Of a stretch of 64,000 nucleotides of DNA, positions 50,911 to 61,611 are shown piece by piece. Under the pieces are notes generated by a model that worked only from the letters and a program-made list of their open reading frames with translations, searched no databases and was not told where the DNA came from. This stretch comes from Anolis carolinensis (Eukaryota): the NCBI RefSeq assembly GCF_035594765.1, contig NC_085842.1:280969749-281033748 (forward strand). Reading direction: 5' to 3'. The position numbers were made by a program, and so were the translations under genes. Each line of letters opens with the position of its first letter. Position 1 is the stretch's first letter.

Positions 50911-53900
50911 TGACAGAGGAAATGCAGACAAATGTTTATAAGAAGCCTTTGGTCATGGAATGAATTCTATCTTCCCATGACAAAACAGGAGTGGCTCAAA
51001 ACATTTTGCTGTCTGAGATGGAATAGCAAATATAATCCCCTCTCCCTTTTCCTCTTCCTCCCTCAAAGTCATGGCACAAAGATCCCAGGGTCAACTCCAT
51101 TATTTTGGCACTTGAGCCAGAAAATCCTATAAACACCTATCTAGTGAAAAAAATACTGCAGCAATGAATTATAATTACTAACAATTTGCAGGATTTTGTG
51201 ATAACTAAAATCTGATTTTGAGGAAGCTGGCATAAAATTATGGAGACATCAAAGGTATCTGATAGTCATCCAAGTCTGATAGCCTTTTTGACTAGCTTAT
51301 GGTTTGTGGGGCTGATTTTGGGTTGGAAAAGCTTAAATTACCAAAAAAGGAGTTAGCAATCCAAAAGTAGTGCAGAGCTAGAATGTTTGCCTGAGCTACA
51401 TAAGTTACTGGATTTCTTTTAATCTAAAATGAATTACAGAGTTAACAGACATCAAAATTTTGGTTTGCTCATGCCAGCCAAACTTGGTCAGCCTGAGATA
51501 ACAGGAAGTGGGACATTCAGAAGAGAGAGAAGAAATGATAAGTCATAAATCGTGCTTTTTGTAATGTCAAATGAGTTGTAAGAACTTCCCTTTTGTGAAC
51601 TACCTCTAATTTCCTCTGCATCTGGTCCATTTTTTACAGTGAGAGAAATTGTTTACTATACTGAGTCTTTAATTTTTGGTCATTATCAAAAACCTGGTGT
51701 TTCTATAAGGAACAAGGCATACAGAAATCTGAAGAAAAGCAGACTCTACAAACCAGGATAAACAATAATAAAAACTGGGATTTAAGGCTTTGAAGGACTA
51801 CCAAGAATATCTTCTCCAAACTATAATAACCTCCAATAATAATCTCCAACAAACAAACAATCATAAAAACTGGGATTTGAGACTTGTAAGGACTAGCAAG
51901 ACGATCTTCTAGGGTAGACAACTTCGGACCTCATTACATGGAAACCCAGAAGCCTGGGGACAGAGGGGTAAACTGTGGAACAGCATCCAGGTTTGTCTCC
52001 TTACCTCTGTTTAGTTTCATAAACATGGTTGCAGAGAGTTCTCATAGCAATTGCTTTCCAACTGTGCTTTCATTTAGCCACCTGTGTTTCTGTGGCTCCA
52101 TTTGTTAACAGCCTTCATCAGCTGTTTCGTGATTTTAAAATGTGGATATGTTCTGGAGCAGTCCACACCAGCATATAAGAATGAAATCACGTTTTTTTTC
52201 TTGAATACAGGGATATATAGTCATGCAAATATGTGCATTTTCAGCCAAAAATAGGGTTTTAAGTGCACCTTTTTAACATGTGTTTTTCAGCCGTTAATGC
52301 GATTCAGTGCACATTTTTGGCAAACATCATTTAGCCACCCCCTTTTTTATCTTGGTTCCTTCTGCATTTTAGGGCCTGTGTAGAAGGACCATCAAAGAGT
52401 CCCATCTCTTTTTAAATACCATTTTAAAATCCTGAGGAATTATGGCAAACTCTTCTTTTTGGCTTTTAGGTGACATATCCTACATCTTTGAAATGTCAAC
52501 ATTTTGTACTTTCAACTGAACTTCTATGACAACAAAACATTATGCTGGATTTAAGGCATTAACCACAATTTCCTGATTAGTTATGATGGGCTCCCATTTT
52601 TGCTTGTAGCCATGAACTCCCAGTTTAGGCTGTCACCTTGAATATCAATTGCTACTTGGATGATAATAAAAAACATTTTGTGATATCTTGAGGGTTTAGC
52701 ACAATATCCCATTGTGTTGCTGCTACACACAGAAACATTCATGTCTATTATTATAGATATTTATGATTTAAGAAGCTCAGGATATTGTTCATGGTAGTTA
52801 TCCCATTTTATATCCCAAACATCTCATGAAGTTGGTTGGGCGGAAAAGTTAAATTCATATATAACCTGGCACAAGAATATTGACTGATTATCTGAGTAGC
52901 TGGAAGCAAATATCCTAATCTCATGTTATCTGTAAGTGATCTATGCTCTCTAGCATTTCTTAGCTTGAAGGGACTTTCTGTATGGCCTGATGTTCTAACT
53001 CATTTGTAGCACTACAGTGCCTTGGAGTCCTATTCTAAGTCTTAGCTATATTTCACCTTCTCACTTTTTCCTTTTGACAGCTTACACCTGCTACACAGCA
53101 GGAGCTATTTGAACAAAATTAAGCTAAGAAGCTAGGCAGAGCATTTACATATTGCACCTTAATTACAAGAAGGAAACTGAGCTTTTGGGTTCTTCCTGAC
53201 TATGGCTTTCTTGAATAGCTAGCTAGCTACCTTTCCAAATGATTGACTAAATTGTGTATCTACAACCTAAACATTGACTCTACCAAGGTATTTCCTCCCT
53301 ATGGACACCTCTAGTCCAAAAACATCAGCAAAATCAGCATAGGTGAAACAAAACCAGCATACAAAACCCTATGATTATTGTCTCCTCTTCTATAATATTC
53401 TCCTTGTCTCAGTTTCATGTATACTGCTGGAGAAAAGGCATTTGGCACTTTGATGGAGGACAATTGTTGTCATGGCTATTAATCAGGAGGTATGCAACAT
53501 TCAGGTTCAGAGATGTTCTCCATTATGCATCGGAATATCAGATGCTACTGAAGAGCAACAATGAGAAACTGTTGTTCTCATAATCCACTTATGAGTTTTA
53601 CAGAGACCTCCTGTTAGTTATGGTTATAAATAAGACACTAGACTAGAATAGATCAGATTTCTTCATGATTCCCTCAAAATATTTTGCAATGTAAAACTCA
53701 TCAGCCCTAATAATTATGGCTAAAGGCCAGGAATTACAGAAATTGTATAGTTCACTGGAGACCACCAGGTGATTATATTAAATAGATCATTTAGTTGGAT
53801 CCAACAGAACAATGGTTACATTCTTTATTATATTTCAGAGGAGGAGCTGGCAAAATCAACTCTAGAGTATTACTTGCCTAAGAAAACCCTATGACATAAA

Positions 53901-54171
53901 GTAATAGGGGATTTGAAGTACACAAGGCATTTTTAAACATTGACTGGTTGGCCACCTGTCAGAAGTGCTTTGCTTGTATATTCCTGTATAGCAGAGGACT
54001 GAGCTGGATGGCCCTTGTGGTCTCTTTCAACTCTAATTCTATGTTTTAGTGGAAGTGATTCTTCTTTGGATCATAATATTGTACTTACAGTGGGCATAAG
54101 AGTCATGCAATTTCATTCAGAATGAGAATAAATGGGAAATTTAGGAGGTAATATGAGGTCTTTAATTTATA

Positions 54172-54353
54172 CAGGGCGGGCCAAAAGGGTTTCAGTATTT
54201 AATCATTGATTTTTAAAATTTTTGATACCATAGCATAATATATAGTATATATAGGAAATACATTTACATTATGTGTAAAAAATCAAATCTTGTAAATAGC
54301 GTCCAGTACCATAGCATCATATAGGACTGCTTTGTGACTTTTGGCCCACCCTG
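54172..54353. mobile_element. Tc1-type MITE
   Basis: TIR CAGGGCGGGCCAAAAG / CTTTTGGCCCACCCTG (15/16), preceded by TA. Confidence 0.78.
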
Positions 54354-55499
54354 CAGTTGTAGATTCACATTTCTGAATGTTTTGACTTTCAAGACTTTCA
54401 TCCAAGTGAAAATACTTCTGAGATGAACTGCTGTCATTTCTTGTGTTTTTCTGCTGGAACTCTTATCAGTATTATGTCTGTTGGTTTACACAATGTCCTT
54501 GAACGTTTGAAACTGAAAGCCAGTTTAGATATTAAAGCTGTGAAGTTTTGAGGAATTTTATATAAAGCTGAGGAATTTACTTCCAAAATAGTCTACCCAA
54601 AGACTCACTTGGACTGGTCTCAAGTTATTTAAATGTGATAGCTGTCCTTTCTTTCCCACATTTGTGTTCTGTTTTGGTTTGTAGTTTTGAGTCAGTTATT
54701 TGTTTAGAATTAAAAATGGGACATACTTGAGGTGGCTTCTTTGATATTATGACAGGACTTCCTTTAGGTAACAATGGGAGTATCTTATGATTTCTCTCCA
54801 AATCCTCTCTTTTTTTTCCAGTGGATCAAGCAGATAAAGCCCTCAAAGTTTCCTATCCATTGGATGTGAGCACTAAGTTCAACCACTAATCATTTGAAAT
54901 AAACAAGATACACTTGAAAGTATACATGAACAAATGGAAACAATTATGTTTTTAATCATCTTCCAAAATAAAGATACATACATACAAATACTTTATCTTT
55001 GTTCTTTTCTTCTTTTGTAACTTCCTTTCATCCATTTGAACATAATTTTGCTTCTTCTTTTGGGACTGTGACTGGGTATATCAATTAAGATTGTTCTGAT
55101 ATATGCTGATAATCTGAATACAATTACAGCTCTCACGTGTTAATAATGGGGCTGGCTTTACAGAGTAAGCCTACCAGAGATGCAACAAGTATTGCCTGAA
55201 CACACTTTTAAGATTCATCTAAGGATGCTACATCATTTTGGCTAATAATACAACTAAATATCAGACTATTATGTCCCTAGGATGCACAACTCATATTGTT
55301 TGTTCATTTCCAGTCATTCCACAAATGTAATGGAGTTTCATTTCCCTTTTGGAGGTGTGCGAATGGTCATGTGGGTGAGACATCTTTCTATTCTCCATCC
55401 CCTTCCATGCAACACATCATCATTGGAGGAGGAATAAAGATAGTGGAGGAGGAATAAAGAAATTGCACTTTCAGCCCAGTATATTTTGGAGCCAACCCA

Positions 55500-55671
55500 A
55501 GATTTTATTATTATATTTTGTATGTGATTTTATGACCTGTTTTATTGTTTTATTGTTGTTGTTGATTCATTTGTTTTATTGCTTTGTTTTTATATTGTTG
55601 ATGTTCAGGCTTGGCCCCATGTAAGCCGCCCCGAGTCCCTTTGGGGAGATGGGGCGGGATATAAAAATAAA

Positions 55672-55739
<68 letters not shown>
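55500..55739 (+). mobile_element. L2 3' end with (TTA)n
   Basis: GGCTTGGCCCCATGTAAGCCGCCCCGAGTCCC followed by (TTA)n. Confidence 0.85.
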
Positions 55740-55740
<1 letters not shown>

Positions 55741-56208
55741 GTGGGTCCTGTTGAGTGTAGTTATCTTTGCCAATATGAAGAGCTCCCAGGATTTTTTTTA
55801 AACCCTCCTCCCTAACTTTTAAAATTCCCACCTGAACTTGAAAATTAACAAAATATGCAATATTTTGATATTTTGAAAATAGAAAAGAAAAATACCAATC
55901 TGTACTGATGCAACTTCCAGGGCTTTTCTCCAGGCCAGATGAACTTTAGCTTACTGTGGTCTGCAGACCTAGAGATTCCACAGATGCCCAAATAGTCATA
56001 TTTTTATTCAAATCATTGCAAATGCATCACATACTAATCAAAAGTGGCCTGCTGTTGAACTGCAACTTTCATCAGCCCTTCCCAGCATATATCCATAGGA
56101 TCAATATCCACCATTTCATTTTTTCATGTCTGAGAAATATGTCCACTCTAGGTATTTTCTACCTCTTCAATTATGCAACAGCTTAAAAAGCCAATACAAT
56201 TCTGGGTT

Positions 56209-56486
56209 GAGGGGCTTCAGCCCCCCCCCCCTGAAATTTCAGGGTGGTCCGAGAAAAAGCCTTACATTTATTATTTAAACTGTTATGTTTATTCATATCA
56301 TGAATCACCATGATCACCATGAATCACCATGATCACCATGCTCAGTATATCCCATATGAATGGGGGTATTGGGATAACGATACAAAAGATTTGCTAGGGT
56401 AGACCCCCCCTCACCCAGACTCAGCCCCCCCCTCCCAAACCAAAAATCCCAGCCCCTCCCAAATCAAAATCCTGGCTACAGGCCTA
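56209..56486. mobile_element. hAT-like non-autonomous element, one end missing
   Basis: Terminal AAAATCCTGGCTACAGGCCT and C-rich subterminal runs. It interrupts CR1 sequence. Confidence 0.5.
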
Positions 56487-56634
56487 TGGAGCAATAGATT
56501 CAAATTGTGAGAAAGATTTCACTTAATTATTAGGAAGAACTTTCTGATTATAAGAGCTGTTTGTCAGTGGAATATTCTACTGGAATACCTTCTCTAGAGG
56601 TTTTTAAGCAGAGTCTGGATGGCCATTTCTCAGG

Positions 56635-57517
56635 TGTGATGTCTCAGGGACCTTTGCCCCATGACCCCGCAACCATCATAGATCAAACTGAAGAGGATTT
56701 GGGCTTTTTTCCATCTCAGCAAGATTCTGTTCCATTCCAGATGTCTCCTGTTGACATTTTCGTGCCAGAGCCGATTAGGGATGCCCTTGAAACAGAGCCT
56801 GTTTCTCCGGAAAGCTTGGTGTTTGATAGGAAGGCTTTTTTCAAAACACATCGCTCCCAAAAGCAGTTTTTAAGGCGAAGCGCGAGATTAGCAGAGAGAG
56901 AGACGATTGTGACTAAACCTTGGGAAGTTTCAGGGAGGCAGGCATCTGGTACAATGTTGAAACAGCTCTGTTCTCTGGGAAGATTTGGGGAGTCAAACAC
57001 CTGCTTGGGGGGAGTTCTTGAACTTCCATAAAAGTTCTGCACTGAGCTTTCCCTATTGTGGTGTCAACGTGACTATTCATAGAAGAACATCATCTCTTGT
57101 TCCTGAGCTTCCAAGCGGCCCTCCGGTGCGCTTACTCACGAGTAGACCGGGAGTTGCATTCCACTCCTTGTCAAGTTTGGACTGCGTTTCAGATCCACCA
57201 CGAAATACCTTGCCTAGCCTTGAATCCTTGTTCTGGACTTTACTTCAAGAATCTCCCTGTGAAACTTTGCTCTTTCCCCACTCAAACTTCGAAAGAGTTT
57301 GAGTGTGTTTCGGTTATTTGGATTATAGACTTTGGACTCTAATACTGGATATATAACTTCATTATATTGGACTAATTTTGATCTTCTCTAAAAGGTCAAC
57401 TGCTGGACTATATACTCTTATTTTTGTTTAGAACTTTTATTGCTTTAATAAAGATATTAGATTGTTTATTGGCCTCCGTGTTGGTTTCCAGTGTTCGTGC
57501 TGCTTAGGAGTGTTACA
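56635..57517 (+). mobile_element. Solo LTR (883 bp, Gypsy/BEL-like) inserted in a CR1 3' end
   Basis: TG...CA termini (TGTGA..TTACA), 5-bp TSD TCAGG at 56630-56634 and 57518-57522, and AATAAA at ~57447. Confidence 0.88.
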
Positions 57518-58878
57518 TCAGGGATGCTTTGATTGGGTGTTCCTGCATGGCAGGGGGGTGGACTGGATGGTCCTTGTGATCTCTTCTAACTCCAGGATTA
57601 TATGATTCTATGAACTCTATGATATTCTTGGGCTGGAAGGCCTTCATTTTGATAGGTTTGCTATTATCCACAATGTTGCATACCCACATGAAATCTGGAA
57701 AAATATTCCCCATGGATACTGGAATTCGACTGTACATTTGTCTTCACTTTGTAGTGTGCTACCTTTGTTTTTCCTTGCTGAAAATGTACTACTTCCAACA
57801 GAGAAGTGTGCTTGTGAATGTGTGGTAGGTAGGCCATCACCTCTTTTACATGTTTAATTGACAATAGAAAGGAGACAATGCATTAAAGGTTATTATAATT
57901 ATATTTACTTCCATTTCTTTTCATTAGCTGCATTTTGTTAACTTTCTAAATTATGCAGTATTACTTTGACCTATATTTTTAAATGCCTGAACAAATAATA
58001 AAAGAACTGAAAGGCAGTAATTTTGGTCTTAAAGTTTGAACTTTGAATGCTTATATTTTTAGTGTATAATCTAAAGGTGCTTGTTGAAGGGGAAAAAACA
58101 GTCTTAGGTCACCTAATAAGAATAATTTGGTGAGGGAAAAATAGCTCTTTTGTGAAATTTTCCCCAGTTGTTCATCTTTCATATATCTAAGAACATTGTT
58201 CCATTTTAAATTGATAATTATGCAATATCACAGCCTTACCAGGAAATACTAATCTATTATTAGCACTTAGTATCACTAAAGCGTTTTGCACTCTTTAAGA
58301 TCTTATGAATTCTTCTCATGTAACAATGGAAAGAACTGTAAAATAAAGAGATTTAATTACAATAAAATGCTTCACAACTTGTGTTCTGAAATGGAATACA
58401 ATCTTTCTTTTCATTATAAAGGTTATTAGAAGACACCCAGTTGGATTTTGGGGAAATATTTTGGATTCATGCTTAAGATCCTTGGAAGCTATGTCTTAGA
58501 CCTGGAGACTGATGGCATTTCCAAATGGAAAAAGTTCCTGCTGAAAAATTTGACAAACGTGAAGCAACTGTTCTAAAGAATGTGGGTTACAATTTTCAGA
58601 TGGAATGACAGCAGTTGGATTAAGTGTTGGACTTCTTAAGGGGTAAAGACTATTACGCCACAGTTTTAGACAATACTATTTCATTACTGGTATATAAAGA
58701 TTAGCTCATGCATCAACTGGTGGAATGCGTAAGAGGATCACCAATACCACTTTCATTAAAGCAACTGCATAATTACAAAGAATACAGCTGTCCCTAGAAT
58801 AGTCATATTGACTTTTGGGGAATTCCTTTATGATTTGCAACTGCACCTCTGTAGCTATAAATTAGGACCAATGCACAG

Positions 58879-59174
58879 TTTTTTTTCATGTCAGGAGTGA
58901 CTTGAGAAACTTGAGACTTGAGAAGTTGCTTCTGGTGTGAGAGAATTGGCTGTCTGTAAGGATGTTGCCCAGGGGGTGCTCGGATGTTTGATGTTTTACC
59001 ATCTTTATGGGAGGCTTCTCTCATGTCCCCACATGGAGCTGGAGCTGACAAAGAGCTCATCTGCGCTCTCCCCAGGTTGGATTCGAACCAGCAAACTTCA
59101 GATCAGCAACTCAACCTTCCAGTCAGCAGTCTTGCCAGCACAAAGGTTTAACTCATTGCACCACCGGGGGCTCC
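58879..59174 (-). mobile_element. tRNA-derived SINE with Vingi-like 3' tail
   Basis: B-box GGTTCGAATCC on the - strand. The tail TTCTCAAGTCACTCCTGACATGA matches the Vingi 3' end (~36624-36646) at 20/23. Confidence 0.85.
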
Positions 59175-60186
59175 TAGAATGTACGGTATAGTCCACACAA
59201 TGTACAATGGAAAGGGTTCCTGAAGCAAAAGACTGCTGCATGGAAAATAATTGTCCCTAGAAGTAGCCATATTAACTTTCATGGAGTTGCTTTGTGGTCT
59301 GCAGCTCCAACTCTTTAACTATGAATAAATCCCAATGTACAGTATAATCTATACAGTGTATAGTGGAAAAGGCACCTCACTTCAAAATCTAAGCAATTTT
59401 TAGACTTGAAACTATCTTTCATTCTGAAAAAAAAGAATGTTCTGGGTATATTTGATAACACTATGCCAGGCAACTTGAAGGCAAATACACACACGTATAC
59501 CTTTTTAGACAGAAATTTTCTACTTGAACCAAATTGTATTCTTGCAATTTGAGATTACATTGCTGATTAATCCTGTGTGCTTTACTTTTTGCTGAAAGGT
59601 GTACACTTCAAGGTTGGAAAGATAATCATTCCCTATCCATCATTCAACAAACAGAATGCTTTAGTTAAACATGAACACATATTTTATAGGTGCCAGTTTC
59701 AAAAGAAGGAACTTTCGAATATATGTAATATATATGATTTTTAATTTTTTCTTTTCTTTGTCTAATTTCTCTCCTTTTTTGTATTATAGTTCAAAAACCC
59801 AGTCATTTTTAGGAAGTTATACATCTTTGCAAATTAGGTTGCTGAAAGTGTGTGTTGTCCTGATAAAGACTGGAGTTTTTAAACTTTTCTTCATCTTGGT
59901 CAGATAAGCCTTTAGTAAAAATGTTTTAACCTTCTGTGAGAAATCACACTCCCTCAGTAGAAAGGCATCATACAAATATCTCTTCTAAATTTGGATCATC
60001 AACAGATGTTAATGAATGTCTATAGAAAGTATGTCCAAAACCGTGAAGGCTTGGGGTCTGCTTTGTTTTTATAGTGGCAAAATTCTGCCCAGGACTCTTG
60101 CATTATTTGCGAAAGCTGAGCAATCTTTTGCAAGATTGAAAACTTGGCTGAGCTATAGCATGGACAAGCTTACTTTAATCATATTG

Positions 60187-60425
60187 GGTTGTTGTGTGTT
60201 TTCTGGGCAGTATGAGCATGTTCCAGAAGTATTCTCTCCTAGCGTTTCGCCCACATCTATGGCAGGCATCCTCAGAGGTTGTGTATATATACCCCACAAC
60301 TCTGAGGATGCCTGCCATAGATGTGGGCGAAACGCCAGGAGAGAATACTTCTGGAACATGCTCATACTGCCCGGAAAACACACAACAACCCTGTGATCCC
60401 AGCCATGAAAGCCTTCGACAACACA
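60187..60425. mobile_element. Penelope-like element remnant: inverted pseudo-LTR palindrome
   Basis: Two ~97-bp arms in inverted orientation differ at 3 positions and are followed by a 3' extension. The 13-bp TSD TTTAATCATATTG lies at 60174-60186 and 60426-60438. Confidence 0.88.
60299..60339 (+). ncRNA. Minimal type-I hammerhead ribozyme motif (Penelope-associated; cleavage triplet mutated)
   Basis: Reads CUGAGGA-U-GCCUGC(cauagau)GUGGGC-GAAAC-GCC-AGG. A mirror copy lies on the - strand at 60238-60278 and a third at 13959-13999 (-). Confidence 0.65.
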
Positions 60426-60455
60426 TTTAATCATATTGCTCTTTTATATTTTCAG

Positions 60456-60480
60456 AACATCAACACGGACAGTGCTATAG
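60456..60480 (+). other. Candidate 25-nt exon of an unidentified host gene
   Basis: Acceptor CTCTTTTATATTTTCAG, donor AG|GTAAGC, and branch-like TTTAAT ~25 nt upstream. No homology recognised. Confidence 0.35.
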
Positions 60481-60979
60481 GTAAGCCATCATTTGCCAAA
60501 AAACAACTGTCAACATTTTCAAGTTTTGGAAGTTTATGATACAATCCCTGCGGCAAATGTTATATCACTGTGTTCATCAGCTGAAAAACATTTCCTTATC
60601 CAAGAGCAATGTAGAAAATGTGCTGAAGGTATATTGACTGTTACCTGCTTCTCTTGATTGGCACATTGGAAGGAAAATGAATGAGCTGCACAATCTGCAA
60701 AATGAACAATTTAATGAAAGTGTGTGTTTTAGATTTTAAGCCTTCCAGCTGCTTTCTAGTGGACCCATTCATTCTTTTTGAAATTACATAATAGTTACAC
60801 ATTTTCCTTTTGGCCTTCCTTGGAAAACCTTCCAAGATGCCCCATCTGATCATGTAGACTAGTTAATGCTCCTCATTTTGTTTTTATGATGCTGTCATTT
60901 CAACAGTGTCACAATCATAAGATAATGCATGGTTTTAGGCATCCAGGCTACAATATGAATTGGTAGATTAAAGTCCTTG

Positions 60980-61428
60980 CAGGACCGGCCCGAGGAAATT
61001 TAAAGGGGTACGCAAATATTTTTTTGCGCCCCCTCCCCTGCGCCGCAGGAGGCGTGGCCAGGACTGGCCCCGCCTCCTGCGCCCTAACCCCGCCTCCCAT
61101 GCCGGGCGGCCACGCCTCCCGTGGCGCAGGCGGCGTGGGAGGCGGGGCCAGGGTGCGCGGCGTGGGAGGCGGGGCCAGCCTGAAAGGACTCCCGCTGCAG
61201 CGGGCGTGCATCGTGGGAGGCGTGGCCGGTCCCGCCTCCCGCGGGGTGCAGCCTGGCTGTGCCATGGTGCGCCCCACAGGAGGCAGGGCCAGACCTGGCC
61301 ATGCCTCTGTGTCACACGGCCCCGCCTCCGCCAGGTGTGGCCCCGCCTCCCAGGGGCTCAATAGCGCCCCTGGGAAGGTGGCGCACAATGCGGGGGCATG
61401 GCCAGCGTGCCGTGTTGGGCCGGGCCTG
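60980..61428. mobile_element. GC-rich hAT MITE (449 bp)
   Basis: TIR CAGGACCGGCCC / GGGCCGGGCCTG (11/12) and perfect 8-bp TSD AGTCCTTG at 60972-60979 and 61429-61436. Confidence 0.9.
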
Positions 61429-61611
61429 AGTCCTTGGTCCATCAATTAATCAGTTAGAACATTATTTGCATAACTCTTGGGGCATAATTTTAATATCCAT
61501 TAGGATTTGATGCTGTAATAAGTCTAACTTTACTGTAATGCAGAAATAATTAATTAAATATGACTTTTCCCTCTCAGTCTCTGGTTTTGTTTGATTTCAA
61601 GTTACCACATA

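Larger units (their letters stand above)
56172..57620 (+). mobile_element. CR1 LINE 3' end, interrupted by a hAT-like fragment and a solo LTR
   Basis: AAAGCCAAT.CAATTCTGGG, AGGAAGAACTTTCTG, GAGGTTTTTAAGCAGAG, GGACTGGATG and (ATTCTATG)-type tail. Confidence 0.8.

Noticed and set aside
53081-54870. Strong + strand acceptors at ~53080 and ~54821 (the latter with a GTGAGC donor 44 nt on)
   Set aside because: Such motifs are frequent in AT-rich introns, and the peptides are unrecognisable.
1860-56342. Short local duplications (CCTCATGCTGAATT x2 at ~1860; GGAGGAGGAATAAAGA x2 at ~55425; CATGAATCACCATGATCAC x2 at ~56298) as possible CRISPR-like arrays
   Set aside because: Only two copies each, no repeat-spacer series, and a eukaryotic context. 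These are ordinary slippage duplications.
56561-57031. 156-aa ORF
   Set aside because: It spans the CR1/LTR junction and is not a coherent gene.
60948-61449. GC-rich ORFs (165, 141 and 115 aa) and apparent CpG-island promoter
   Set aside because: They lie almost entirely within a TIR/TSD-bounded MITE, and the ORFs are a by-product of high GC content.
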